Part shown: positions 33,762 to 47,331 of the stretch, in pieces | How positions within the stretch are numbered: position 1 is the stretch's first letter | Layout: each line of letters opens with the position of its first letter | NCBI GenBank assembly: GCA_964016885.1 | Contig: OZ024763.1 | Span: 9,672,001 to 9,736,000 of the forward strand | From: Eledone cirrhosa | Taxonomy: Eukaryota | Reading direction: 5' to 3' | Length of the DNA: 64,000 nt | Notes under the pieces: model-generated | The model's database searches: none | What the model saw: the letters and a program-made list of their open reading frames with translations, nothing else | What the model was told of the DNA's origin: nothing | Made by a program: the position numbers and the translations under genes

Positions 33762-35032
33762 CAGATAGGGTGTGGTAAAATACCAGGTGGACCAAAACCC
33801 ACCAGAGTACTCAATACTTGAGGTAGTGGGTAATATGAAGCGATTCTGGACCCCGACGGCTGAGCTCTGGCATAATATAAGTTTATATGCCAGTACACAT
33901 TAACTCAGTATACCGTGCCTTCGATAGCAGCGGTCTGGTAACATCTACGAATAAGTTTGAGCATCGTGCTTAACTATGAGTAATAGGTCTAGTAAAGTGT
34001 CATAGCTATCTATTCGGCCGGCTCCATAGGACAATATGTATATTTTGGCAGGAATGAAAATATTCCATATTTACCAAAGGGAGATTAGGATGTAGACCTT
34101 ACTGGACCACCACTATGGAAGGCACGCTATACCGAGTTAACGTGTACTGGCATACAAAGATATTATGCCTGTGTTTAAACACTATCACTAACTGTAGCGG
34201 CAGACTTGTTACCTATTAGCTAATATTCAATATTATTTCCTTTTGCTAATGTTTGGTGATAGCTTTGACATACATGTTAAATTGATATTTTCAGGCTTTG
34301 GGGGAATTTACTTTGCTATTGAACCTTAGCTAATTTACAACAGTACTAGAGAGGAGATGATTAGTACTATCTTTGAGACTAAGGGTAGATTTATGGGTGT
34401 TTGAAAATAAAAGGAAAAAATTAAGTAAATTAGTGTTTGAGGTGCTCTTTCTATGAGGAGCTGAATTAGTAAATTATAAATACTTAGCTTTTTAGCAAAG
34501 CGTACGATAAAGCAAACTAACTATAACATAAATACACTACAATATCCACCTTGACTTATATATGCCAAAATTAAATTCTCTCTCATTTGTTTTTCCCCCT
34601 CTCAATTTGAAGTGAAGCATAATACCATTTCTACAGATTAGAAATAGCTGTTTAGGATAAAAAAAAAAATCTCTTTTGGCACTTTCCAATCTGGCCTGGC
34701 ACATTCAGGTCAATTTATCTACTAACCCCTTCCCCCTTGTATTTCGGCCTGTTTAGCCCCCTCCCACCCCACGCTATCAAGAAGGTGATAAATTATATAC
34801 ATGGCATTTAGCAGGACTAACCAGCCATTTTATCTAAGGTAACTTCCCCTCCTAGATCACTGTCCACTTCTGGAGAAAAACAAGAAAAACAACAAACTTT
34901 TAAAGATTTTTGCTTAGATTTTTTTTGCCTAGTTCAGCTAGATTCCCACTATTCTAATACTGATGGCTTAGTTTGGATCTAGCTGTTGAAACAGCCAGAG
35001 CTCAGCCATCGGGGTCCTGAATCTCTTCATAT
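33760..35032. mobile_element. Putative PLE-type fold-back insertion with nested inverted repeats
   Basis: 33833-33871 = rc of 34994-35032. 33872-33927 = rc of ~34113-34168. Degenerate CTGATGG...GAAACAGC at 34960-34995. Confidence 0.55.
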
Positions 35033-35044
35033 ATATATATATAA

Positions 35045-36045
35045 AGTTCTAGTATGTAGAAAGGAAAATTGGGCACAGAATCCCTCTGGTTAATGGCATT
35101 GCTCAGTGTGTAGGAAAGGAGTAGGTAGAAATTCCCTTTTATGTCCCAAATGCAAACTATGGGTACATAAAAGATGTAGCGGGATCACAGGCAAGAATGT
35201 AGATTTTATATGTGGCTAATGCTCAGGTGCAATAAGTAGCAAGTACCCACTAGATACAATCTCCTTCAACTGCCCAGATGGTTCTATAGAAATAGTAGAC
35301 ACGTTACATTACCTAGGTGACGAAATCAGCAGTGGAGGAGGGTGTTCTGAAAGTACAGTAGCCAGAGTTAGAACGGGATGGAAAAAGTTCAGTGAACTTA
35401 TACCGCTGTTGGCCACAAAAGGTTTCTCTCTAAAAATGAAAGGCATTACGTGCAGAGGACCTATGCAGATTGGAAAGGAACAAAGCATGCATGCTCTGAT
35501 GGATGTGTAATAGTAATAAAACAAACGGCAAAATGTAAATGAACTAAGTGAGAAATTAGGAATAAGATGGATCAGATGCTGTTTACTTGAGAGGAGATTA
35601 CGTTGGTATGGTCATGTAATGCGTATGAAGGATGACAGCTGTATAAAAAAGTGCAGGGCATTCAAAATTGATGGAAGCTACGGAGTAGGTAGACCCAGAA
35701 AAACCTGGGACGAGGTGATAAAAATTGACCTTACACACTTGTACCTCTCTAAGACAATGTCACTGGAACGAGATCTTTGGTACTATGCAGTAATACAGAA
35801 GACCCGCCTTCCTTGTGTACGAACTTAAACCTACTTAAACCCAATATACACCTCACTCCACATCCCACACTCCCTACTCCATCCTCCCACTTCCGGCCAC
35901 ACCACCCTTTCTTTATAACATTATGTTGGTACAATGGAACATACAGCTCACACCAACATGGTTGTGTAAGTATCACGATAAAAAGCACCCAGTCCACACT
36001 GTAAAGTCATCGTGTAGGAAACACGGTAAAAAGCACCCAGCACAG
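35045..36045 (+). pseudogene. RTE LINE (long-3'UTR subfamily) fragment
   Basis: CSVCRKGVG, YLGDEI, RLRWYGHVMRM, GRPRKTWDEVI. The 3' UTR begins with the AAAAGCACCCAG subrepeats. Confidence 0.85.
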
Positions 36046-36295
36046 GAATTGCAGCCAGAAACAGGTGTTTTATAGTTATAAAGAGTTGTTCTGTACATTT
36101 TGATATATCTTATATATTTATATCATTAGATATTTATGTGTGTATATATATCATTTAGTATTTTATAATGATTAAATGGGATAATTTATTTTTTGAATTT
36201 TTTCTTTGAGCTTATTTTGGGAGACAAGGCACATGTTCGAGATTATCTCAAACATGACATCCGTAACTTTGAATTTAATTTATATAATATATATA

Positions 36296-37102
36296 TCACC
36301 ATCATCATCTTCATCATTTTACGTCCACTTTTCCCTGCTTGCAAGGGTGGGATGGGTCCTATTCAGCACAGCATCTCTCCACTTGTCACGGTCCTTCGTC
36401 ATCTCCTCCGTGAGCTTCAGTGATCTGAGGTCTGCTCTTACCACCTCCACCCATGTTTTTCGTGGTCTTCCTCTACTGCATCTTCCTTCTACTAGGATTT
36501 CTTGGCACTTCTTTACCCAGCAGTCATCCTCCATGCGCATCACATGTCCATACCATCTCAGTCTTCTCTCCCGCACACTACAGCCTATCCCTCTTATACT
36601 CAGTTTCTTTCTCAACTCATCCATGCTTGGTCGTTCACACACATTGACATTACACATCCAACGGAGCATACTTGCTTCATTTCTCTCCAGCCGTCACATA
36701 TCCTCTACAGTTGCTGCCCATGTCTCACTACCATGCAGCATCACACATCTCACACAGGCATCATATAACCGGCCGTTTGTATGCAGGGAGAAACCCTTCT
36801 TTGTCAACAGAGGAAACAGCTCCCTAAACTTCTTCCAACCTGTCCTTAATCTAGATACTATGGCCTCGGAGCACCCTTTTCCGATGCTAATCTGATCACC
36901 TGGTACCGGAAGCTCTCAACCACTTCTATAGAACCTACCTGCATTTGAAAAATGTGTCTATCACTAACACTACTACTGTCAAATTTCCCTGTACATCTAC
37001 TGCGTACGTAGTTTTCCCTACCTGTTAGTTTGCCTGCTATCCCACTACATCTCTTGTGTACCAAAGATCTGCATTGTGTACATTTTATAGGATTTATGCC
37101 AG
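36296..37102 (-). pseudogene. RTE LINE 3' fragment with (ATG)n tail
   Basis: MLRWMCNV...RLRWYGHVMRMEDD...GRPRKTWVEVV...HPTLASREKWT. Confidence 0.9.
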
Positions 37103-37135
37103 CTTAATATATGAGCACAACAAAGAATTTATATT

Positions 37136-37225
<90 letters not shown>

Positions 37226-37319
37226 GTAATTTGATTTTTTTGAATATTAATAATAATATTCGATTCGTTTGCAATTATGCAAACAAGCCTCATTTTTAAA
37301 GCTGTCGGTAGATGTACAG

Positions 37320-37878
37320 TCAGGTTGGAAGTGGTATCATGACTGATGTGTGTAGCATTAATCGGCTGAAATTTGCAGTTGATATGGTATTACTTAACTC
37401 AACAGCAGATGATCTTTGAATTGGACTTGATTGGTTTTCTACCGAGTGTTGCATGGCTGGAATGAAAATCAGTGCTGTGAAAACTGAGACACTCATCCTC
37501 TCAAGGAGGACTGCAGAGTGCACTCTACATTCTAATGGAGTTCCACTGAAGCAGGTGGAGAAGTTCAAGTATCTCAGAGCTGTGTTCACAAGTGATCGAA
37601 GACAGGAGGCTGAATAAACTGCAAGAATTGCAGGAGATAGTGCAGTAATGCACCAGCTTCAGCATTCTTTAAGCAGAAGAAGAGAAGTAAAAGCCAAACT
37701 CATTATTTTCTATCTGATATTTGTGCCAACCCTTACCTATGGACATGATTCTTGGGTAATGACTGAAAGAATATGATTACAAATACACGTGGCCAAAATG
37801 GGATTCCTCCGAAGGGTCTTTGGAGTAATGTTACTCGATAAAGGGGGGTTCTCAGAGATCAGAGAGGCACTCCAGTTA
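37320..37878 (+). pseudogene. RTE (Expander/Rex3-like) RT C-terminal fragment
   Basis: ECCMAGMKISAVKTETLILSR...LKQVEKFKYL...FVPTLTYGHDSWVMTER. Same family as 53570-53990. Confidence 0.75.
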
Positions 37879-37880
37879 GA

Positions 37881-38219
37881 GGCACATGGCTTAGTGGTTA
37901 GAGCATTGGCCTTGCAATCGAAAGGTTGTGAATTCAATTCTCAGACCGGGTGATGTGTTGTTTCCTTGAGCAAGGCACTATTTCACATTGCTCCAGTTTA
38001 CTCAGCTGTAGAAATGAGATGATAGGGACTGGGGTCCATATCATTCCACTGCAAAGTGGTCGTGTAGGCGCCACGAAAAAAAAAGCACCCAGCACTCACT
38101 GTAAATGAGGTTGGTGTTAGGAAGGGCATCCAGCTGTAGAAATCAAGCCAGAATCAGTTCCCGTCCCACCCTTGAAAGCAGGGAAAAAGCGGACGCAAAA
38201 ATGAAATGATGATGATGAT
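37881..38219 (+). mobile_element. tRNA-derived CORE-SINE (family 1), full length
   Basis: Near-identical to 564-893. Confidence 0.88.
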
Positions 38220-38489
38220 ATACATACATACATATATATATATACATATATATACAAACAACATATAAATATGTACGCTCTATTGGGTTGTTGTTGACTC
38301 TCCTGAGTTCCTCCACCTTTAAACGGGTTTTGATTTTCAGCCTGCAGGGTGTCCAAAATTCCCCACCTCACTAAGCAAGCTTGGTGAAGTGGCCAGTTTA
38401 GTGACCAATGATCTGACAATGTGACAGGTTGTACTGGTTTACATGTTACCAGTAGCACCTGAAATCAACCAGGCATATATATTATTATT

Positions 38490-38686
38490 AAAGGTGGTAG
38501 ATTAGCAGTATCGGTAGCGGGTCGGACACCATGCTTTGCCACATAGAGTTACGGCCCTTTACGGTTTGAGTTCACATCCCGCCGAGGTTAACTTTGCCTT
38601 TCATCCTTATGGGGTCGATAAAATAAAGTACCAGTAATACACTGGGATAATTGCTGGCCTGTGCCAAAACTAGAAACAATTATTAA
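38490..38686 (+). mobile_element. Meta-domain-type tRNA SINE (family 2), full length
   Basis: GGTGGTAGATTAGCAGTATCGG head, B box GAGTTCACATCCC, GAGGTTAACTTTGCCTTTCATCCTTATGGGGTCGATAAAATAAAGTACCAG, (ATT)n tail. Confidence 0.8.
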
Positions 38687-38881
38687 ATCTCTCCTATTAT
38701 CTTCCATTTGATTTGAAAGATTATAAACAGCGTTTTTTCATTAGAAATATGGTTACAGAAGGGTTAAAGTGTTTATATTTATTTAAAACCTTACACCATA
38801 AGAACCTTTCTTAAGTTATGTTCCAAACAATGATGAGAAATTTAGATATATTACTAAATCCCACCAAATCCTTGTATATTT

Positions 38882-39480
38882 ATGGTGGTGGTGATGGTGG
38901 TGATGGTAATGGTTGTGGTGGTGGTAGTAGTGATGGTGGTGGTGGTGGTGATGGTGGTGATAATGGTGGTGGTGGTGGTGATGGTGATGGTGATGGTGAT
39001 GGTGACGGTGGTGGTGGTGGTCTTTGAACTGTCACATCACATTTATTGGCCATGAGACCAGCTCTGGACTATTTAACCTCTTGGTACTTATAGAACGTAG
39101 CAGCAGTTTTATATAATTACCATTGCCATTGTAATTATAGGGCTCATCATCATCAGCATCAACACTAGCATTGTCACCCTCACCACCACCATCAGCTTGA
39201 AGACCACCACCATAACATTCATTACCATTGTCATCCTCATCATCTTCATAATGACCATTCACCATCATCACCACCACCACCACCAACACTACATCACCAC
39301 AATCACCACCACAATTACCCCCCCCCCCCAAAAAAAAAAAACCACTATCACCACTATCACCACCACCACCACCACCACTGCACCACCACTACATCACCAC
39401 AATCACCCCCCCCCCCAACCACAATCACCCCCACCCCCACAATCACCACCACCCCGGCAACCACAATCACCGCCACCATT
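38882..39480. repeat. (GGT/GAT)n and (ACC/ATC)n simple repeats
   Basis: Directly visible. Confidence 0.85.
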
Positions 39481-39657
39481 ATACTGATATCTCTGATATC
39501 AGTATGACACCTGATTAGATAAACAGATCTCAAAGCATTATGATATTCACATCTCTCCATAGAGTATTAAAGATATCACTTAATTAGTTGTGTGATAACC
39601 ATGACACATATAACTTCTTTTCTGAGAACATATTATATGACTAGAAGAGCAATTATT

Positions 39658-39815
39658 GGGCGGTGGATTGGCAGAATCGGTAGAGCAACAGACACCATGC
39701 TTTGCAGCATAGAATTATGGCCTTTTACTTTCTGAGTTCAAATTCCGCCGAGGTTAACTTTGCCTTTCATCCTTACAGGTCGATAAAATAAAGCACCAGT
39801 AATGCACTGGGGTAA
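39658..39815 (+). mobile_element. Meta-domain-type SINE (family 2), 3'-truncated
   Basis: GGCGGTGGATTGGCAGAATCGG...GAGTTCAAATTCCGCCGAGGTTAACTTTGCC. Confidence 0.8.
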
Positions 39816-39884
39816 TTGAGCAAACATTGTAATTGACGGACACTTTTATATGTATCTATATACCCCCCCCCCCATATATATATA

Positions 39885-40587
39885 TCATCATCATCACCGT
39901 TTAATGTCCATTTTTCCACACTAGCATGGGTTTGATAAGTTATCCTGTTGTAAGAAATGCTAGGTCAGGTGACCCTGCCTTGCTCATACAGACCTGATTT
40001 GGGCTTGGTTTCTACAACTGGATGCCCTTCCTAATGCAAACCTCATTTACAGTGAGTACTGGGGTCTTAAAGTCAACCTGACAAAGACTAAGGTCCTAGT
40101 AAGTAGAAGAGAAAACAGAACCCTGATCCCCTCAGAGAAATGGCCTTGTTCAGTATGTAGGAAAGGTGCATGGTTGATGATCTCTGGGTGAAGAAGTGCC
40201 AATTAATACCAGTGGAAGGAAGCTGCAGTAGAAGAAGACCAAGGAAAACCTGGATGGAAGCAGTATAGCATTTCTCATATTCCTTTGTCATCGCCTCTGT
40301 GACTGTCAGTGATTTGAGATCAGCTCTCACTACTTCCATCCAGGCCTTCCACTACTGTCTATATATATCATCATCATTGATTAATGTTTATCTTCCATTC
40401 TAGCATGGGTTAGACAGGTTTGTCCCATTTAGAGGCAAGTTGGGTCGGGTGACCATGTCTCACTCATATAGGACTGTTTCTAGCTGGTTTTCTACAGCTG
40501 GATGCCCTTCCTAACGCCAACCACATTGACAGTGTGTGCTGGGTGCTTTTTGCCATGTCTTTTACACGTCAACTTTACAGTGTGGTC

Positions 40588-40636
<49 letters not shown>

Positions 40637-41050
40637 CATCATCATCATTTTACGCCCGCTTTTCTCTGCTTGCAGGGGTGGGATGGGTCCTATTCAGCAC
40701 GGCATCTCTCCATTCATCACAGTCTTTTGTCATCTCCTCTGTGAGCTTCAGCAATCTGAGGTCAACTCTCACCACCTCTGCCCATGTTTTTTTGAGGTCT
40801 TCCTTGACTGCGTCTTCCTTCTACTGGGATTTCTTGGCATTTCTTTACCTATCGGTCATCCTCTGTGCGCATCACATGTCCATACCAACGCAGTCTTCTC
40901 TCCCGCACACTACAGTTTATCCCTCTTATACACAGCTTCTCTCTCAACTCATCCATGCTTGGTCGTTCACGCACATTAACATTGCACATCCAGCCGGTGC
41001 ATATCCTCTGCAGTTGCTGCCCATGTCTCACTACCATGCAGCATCGCACA
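39885..41050. mobile_element. Cluster of RTE pieces and RTE-derived 3' UTR elements (39885-40062 -, 40063-40350 rearranged, 40368-40590 -, 40637-41050 -)
   Basis: Repeated (CAT)n, terminal hairpin and CTGGATGCCCTTCC module, plus RLRWYGHV-type coding remnants. Confidence 0.75.
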
Positions 41051-41869
41051 AAAAAGACAAACACAGAGATACAATTACACAAAGTCATATTAGCTTCACA
41101 CTTGTTGAAAAACGAAAATGAATGCTTCAACATATCAGATGTTAGTCCTTCATCAGGAAAGAGTGAAGTTAGATGAAAGAGGAGGTTGGAAGGTTGAGTG
41201 GGAAAAATGAATACCAGCAGTAGCTATGGGTTAATCCAGAGATGGACTGGTGTTCTGTCAAGGGGGGTGAGGGAGGGAGGGTTTTCTACTCTTCTGGCCT
41301 GGTAAGTCTTCAGGTTTGGTGCTTTAATTTTTTGTAACAGTCTGTAAAGTGGTAGTACTAGCATCACAATAAAATGGTAGTGGTGTTGATGATAAGGGTT
41401 GATAATTCTCATGGTTATAATGACGATAATATTGGAGTATAGGTGGTTTTGTGTGGGTCAATATTGAAAGGGTTAAATGATAATGAAAATGATGATGATG
41501 GTGGTATTGATAATGGCATTGGTGATGATGATGATGGTGGTATTGATATTGGCATTGGTGATGATTTTGATGATCATGATTTTCCTCAACAGATAATAAT
41601 GTTGAAAACATTTTTCTATGGGTGACTTGTCTGTCAGTCATTTCCAATACAATGCACTTAAAAAAAACAGAATGGTGAAATATATATCAATAACCCATTT
41701 AAATGTGAAATAAACCAAAATTGATTTTAATGTCAAGGATTTGAAACATTGATCTTGGTGGTTATTGACCGTGTTTAGTATTTATTACAGTCTGTTTATC
41801 TTGTCTGACAAGTGATTAGCTGGCTGGTCTCCCGAAATTTGTGTTGCAAATGGTTAGTTTATTGTTAAT

Positions 41870-42570
41870 GATAGCCTGCACATCAGGATTTCCCTGAGGT
41901 ACAGCCTCCAGATCTTCGACCCACACAAATGTCACTGCAGATCCACCATAGACTCTTTTAGCCTCCACGCGCTGTCCTGTCACTACAGTGCCGGCCTCGC
42001 CTTCCACACCATGTTGCTCTCAACAACGTCATAGAACATGGCTTGGATACTGCAGGCTTCCCCCCCCAATCCAAGCCGGCGGGGCAGGACTGAGGGGATA
42101 GCTAAAGGCCAGATGGCATAATCATCTTCCCGTTGCAATGGGGTAAACCCATGATCTGTGATGCCACATGCAACAACACATTCTCCAGCTGCAACCTGGT
42201 GCAGTCTGTGACTAACCCGGGCTATGCTGAACTTTGGGCTGAGGAGGGTAAACTCTCCAAATATCGGTTGCTCTCCGACAGGTTTGCGGTCGAGCCCCTA
42301 GTAGTGGAGACTTCTGGTGTCCTTGGCCCTAGAGCCACCTCCCTACTCACCACCATTGGCACAGAACTGGCTAGCCGCATGTACAAGCTTTCCTCCATCT
42401 TCTCTATTCTGTCCGTCAGGGCGATGGTGTGACCAGTGCATGGGCCTCCATTTGCTCATAATAGTGAGAGACAGAGGTGGTGACAGTGGGAGTGTGGTTT
42501 CTCTGTGTTTGGATCTGGTCTACATGTGTGAGTGGCTGATTTATTTGTACAATTTTATAATCTAATAAAA
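41870..42570 (+). pseudogene. CRE-clade LINE 3' fragment (CCHC plus RLE)
   Basis: HKCHC...HALSC, RPDGI..P..WGKPMICDAT, EEGKLSKY, PLVVETSGVLG, ending with AATAAA. Confidence 0.75.
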
Positions 42571-42599
42571 GTTTTCTGTGCTGTTGCATTATTATATTT

Positions 42600-43420
42600 T
42601 GAGCCTCAACCCCTCTTCATTTCTTGAGTCATAAACATAGAAACCATGAACTCTAGTGAATCCATCCTGGTACTGTCCCACATGTCCATTGAAGTCACCT
42701 GCCAAGATGATGAGGTCTCTTTCATCAATTCCTGATGTTGTCTGTAAATGTTCCCCATAGAACCTGTCCTTTTGTTCTTTACCCAGTTCTGCTTGTGGAG
42801 CATAGGTAACTGTAGTTGTCACCATTCTATTTCCTACTGGTAATCTAAGCTTGATAATACTGTCACATACTCTAACTTTGTCTGTCACCTTATTTATCCA
42901 CTTCTCAGCTTGTAGAATTCCTACACCTACTACCCCATTGTTATTTCTTGCCCAGTAAAGTTTGTATTTATGTTGTTTGCCTGTGAGTAGTCTCACTGAG
43001 GCACCTCTCCATCACACTTCAACACAACATACATCCACTTCTCTCTGATTTACCTTTCTGGTTGCCAACATTGACAGTGGCAGCCCTGAAATGAGTAACT
43101 TGACAGTGGTTAGTTCCTTGAGCAACAGTTCTTTGTAACTGAAAGGGGAAAAGGCTGTGTAGTTGCTTGATGACAGTTAAAGGTTCTTAAGAACCTTTGT
43201 GTACAGCACTAACATTACTAGTGTTAGCCAGCCACTACTGTGTACAGCACTAACATGACTAGTGTTAGCCCTGTTTATACAATTAGTGTGAATCTTATGT
43301 CACGCTTTTCATAATTTTGGCAAGGGTTTTCCTAGCTGGATGCCCTTCATATCACCAACTGCTCTACAGCTTGGACTGGGTCACCATCACTAGAGAGGTT
43401 GTCTTACTGGACACAAGAGT
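42600..43420 (-). pseudogene. RTE LINE 5' end: APE endonuclease plus upstream module
   Basis: YKLYW..NGVVGVGIL..KWINKV..TYAPQ..ILAGDFNGHVG..RNEEG. GAAGGGCATCCAGC module at ~43332-43380, upstream of the ORF. Confidence 0.85.
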
Positions 43421-43894
43421 CTGCTCCACCCTACGTTAATTTTTATTCAGAGTATCTACTGTCCTAGGCGGATTGTCTTCACTATGGCTTACGGAGTCCA
43501 CATCTGTCCCGTACAGTCATTTTTAATCAAAGTCTCTCCCATCCTAGATGGTCTGCTTTCTCAATGGCTTACAAAGCTCAACATCTGCCCCGTCTTATTT
43601 TACTCTGAGCGACTGCTCTCCTAAGCACCTGTCTACTCTGGGCAGAAACCCATGGCCTTTCTAAGAGTAGCTACAGTCCACAGAGAAGTGAACAATGGTC
43701 ATATAAGAGGGTAAATGTGAAAAGTAATAGATGAGAAGGTGGTGGAAAGGGGGGTGGGGTGCGATGATGTTAGAGCGGGCAGCCTCTAAAATTAATGGAG
43801 GCAAAACACTATGTCAAAGCAAGGGAAATAGGAAGAAAGGTATTTTATGAAATTGACTGATATATGTATATATATACATATATATATATATATA

Positions 43895-44155
43895 TCATCA
43901 CCATCATCATCACCGTTTTTCATCCATTTTTTCATGCTAGCATGGGTTAGATGAGTTGTCCTGTTGTGGGCAGTGTCCAGTCGGCTGACCTTGACTTGCT
44001 TATACAGAACTGATTATGGCTTGATTTCTACAGCTGGATGTTCTTCCTAACACCAACCTCATTTACGAATACTGGGTGTTTTTTCTCGTGACACTTACAT
44101 GACCACTTTACAGTGTGGACTGGGTGATTTTTGTTGTGACAGCTACACGACCACA
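43895..44155 (-). mobile_element. RTE-derived 3' UTR / non-autonomous element
   Basis: (CAT)n, CATGCTAGCATG hairpin, module and 42-bp subrepeats. Confidence 0.7.
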
Positions 44156-44397
44156 TATATATATAATATATTTTTAAATGATATATTGAGGTATATCAAT
44201 TGAGAAACGAACCAGGATTTAAATCATATATAAAATATAATGTAAATACAACTTTAGGTGTTAAATAAAAACATCACTTATGTAAATATTATGTCACATT
44301 TATGACTGGAAGTTTTTTGAGCTTTTTACTGAGAAACATTATATATATTCTAAATGTATTGATTAAACCTAAAATTAAATTAAATATATATATATAT

Positions 44398-45214
44398 ATC
44401 ATCATCATCGGTTAACGTCTATTTTCCACACTAGCATCGGTAGGATGGGCAGTCCCTTAGTGAGAGATCAGGTCAGAGGACATTGATTCGCACACACGCA
44501 ACTGAATTTGGTTTGATTTCTACAGCTGGATACCCTTCCTAATGTCACACATTTACAGTGTGTGACAGCTACATGTCCACTTTATAGTGAGGGCTGGGCA
44601 CGTATTGCTGAGGTTCTAGGGGAACAACTGTATGGTGAGGGTTGGGGACTTGGATGGCGTAGGGTGGGTAAGGATTTGGATTTGGATGGAGTAGGGAAGA
44701 AGTCTGGGAATTGGGGACATAGATATAGGGGTGGGATGATTACAGCAAGGGAGGTGTATGGGAAGGGATCTTGTAGGGGAAGGTGTTGCCTACTTGATAT
44801 ATGCCTCAGCTTGAGCATATGGGAGGGTGGGTCTTTTGTAATACTGTATAGCAACATAGAACACCGTCCTGTGTCATCGCCTTAGTAAGGTGTAATTGTG
44901 CAAGGTCAGCTTTTATTACCTCATTCCAAGTCTTCCTAGGCCTGCCCACTCCAAGGTTACCATCAACTTGGAGTGCTCTGCACCTTTTTATACAGCTGTC
45001 AACCTTCATATGCATTACATATCCATACCAATGCAATCTACTCTCCTGCACCTTATCCCTTTTATGCCTAATTTCTCTCACACTTCATTTATGCTTCACC
45101 ATTCACGTATATTACTATTGCACATCCATCAAAGCTTGGAGGCTTCATTCTTTACCAATCTCTGGGCAGTTGAAGGAGATTGTATCCTGCGAGCTCTTGC
45201 TACGTACTGCCCCT
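44398..45214 (-). pseudogene. RTE LINE (long-3'UTR subfamily) fragment
   Basis: RLHWYGYVMHM...GRPRKTWNEVI. 3' UTR with module and tail. The 5' junction is duplicated in inverted form at 45301-45348. Confidence 0.85.
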
Positions 45215-45227
45215 ATATATATATATA

Positions 45228-45282
<55 letters not shown>

Positions 45283-45372
45283 ACACACACACATATATAT
45301 ATAGGGGCAGCACGTAGCAAGAGGTCGCAGAATACAATCTCCTTCAAATATATATATATATATATATATATA

Positions 45373-46690
45373 TCATCATCATCATTTTACGTACGCTTTT
45401 CCCTGCTTGCAAGGGTGGGGCGGGTCTTATTCAGCACAGCATCTTTCCACTTGTCACAGTCCTTCGTCATCTCCACCGTGAGTTTCAGCGATCTGAGGTC
45501 TGTTCTCACCACCTCTACCATGTCGTCCTTCAACTGGCATTTACTAGCACTTCTTCACCCATTGGTCATCCTTCATGCGCATCACATGTCCATACCACCT
45601 CAGTCTCCTCTCTCGCACACTACGATCTATCCCTCTTATACACAGTTTCTCTCTCAACACATCCATCCTTGGTCGTTCACGCACATTGACATCGCACATC
45701 CAAGGGAGCATGCTTCCCTCATTTCTCTCCAGCCGTCACATATCCTCTGCAGTTGTTGCCCATGTCTCACTACCATGCAGCATCGCGCACCTCGCACATG
45801 CATCATATAACCGGTCTTTCGTACGCAGAGAGAAACCCTTCATCAGCAGAGGAAGCAGCTCCCTAAAATTCTTCTAGCCCGTCCTTATTCTAGATACTAT
45901 GGCATCGGAACACCCCCTCCCCTCCCATGCTAATCTGATCACCTAGGTACCGGAAGCTATCAACCACTTCTATAGAACCCACCTGCATTTGAAAAATGTG
46001 TTTATCACTGTAATTACTACTGCCAACTTTCCCTGTACATCTACTGCATACGTAGTTTTCCCTACCTGTTAGTTTGTCTACTATCCCATTACATCTCTTG
46101 TGTACCCAAGATCTACATTGCGTACATTTTATAGAATTTATGTCAGTTCCTTTTCTACATATTGAACATGGCCATTTCCCCGATGGAATCAGAGTTCTGT
46201 CCTCTCTTCTACTCATCAACACTTTTGTCTTAGCTAGGTTCACTCTCAGTCCTCTTGCTTCCAACTGCTGTTTCCATAGCCATAATTTCTTCTCTAGCTC
46301 CTCTACTGATACTGCTATAAGAACCATATCGTCAGCATAGAGAAGTTCTCATGGGCATCCAGTCTTAAACTCCTCTGTTATGGCTTGGAGGACTATAATG
46401 AACAAAAGCGGGCTGAGGACCGAACCCTGATGTACACCTACTTGTATCTGGAATTCCTCACTAAACTCCATACCTACTCTCACTTTGCTGACAGCACCCA
46501 TGTACATAGCTTGCACTGTCCTCACAAGCCATTCCTCTACACTTAATTTGCTTAGGGACCACCAGATGACAGATTGGGGTACCCTATCAAAGGCCTTCTC
46601 TAGGTCAGCAAAAGCTAAGTATAGTGGCTTATTCTTCTCTAAGAACTTCTCTTGTAGTTGTCTCACCAAGAAGAGGGCATCTGTTGCATC
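45373..46690 (-). pseudogene. RTE LINE, RT domain to 3' tail
   Basis: AFADLEKAFDRVP, GVHQGSVLSPLLF, YADDMVL, GLRVNLAKTK, (ATG)n tail. Close relative of 6773-8910. Confidence 0.93.
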
Positions 46691-46927
46691 TTTTGTACAT
46701 ATATATGTGTGTGTATTATATATATATGTGTGTATATATATATGTGTGTGTGTGTATTATATATATATGTATATATATATGTGTGTATGTGTGTATTATA
46801 TATATATAGTTGTTATATAGTAAGGTGTATTATTGGTTGTGTCATACGGTCCAATAAATTTTTGTTAGCAATATTAAGTTCTCCACGCTTTTGTATATCT
46901 CCAATTCCATTTATGGGAACAGCTAGA

Positions 46928-47013
<86 letters not shown>

Positions 47014-47331
47014 TGTGTATTTATATGTGTGTGTGTGTGATACAGAAATTATTTTTCTATCAATGAATTCCTCCACACTACCTTCTTTATTTCTTTCTAC
47101 ATTCTTTTACTGTCATCCAGACCAATGACATGAGTAAGATGACACTGCAACTGAATATGATCTGGTAACACCTTAAGTATACATAACTCTCCACAGCTAT
47201 TATATTCAAGGAATCCACAATTCTGATGAGTTGGACCTGATCGATACTGATTGTACTTTCAGCTGATTGTGAAACACATGTCACATGTGAATAAACATAA
47301 CAATGCTATATTGATACTTCATTCCCTCTTC

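Noticed and set aside
36220-36272. Hairpin CATGTTCGAGA/TCTCAAACATG as a hammerhead stem II
   Set aside because: The flanking boxes (GAGACAA, GTAA) are too far from the core consensus to call.
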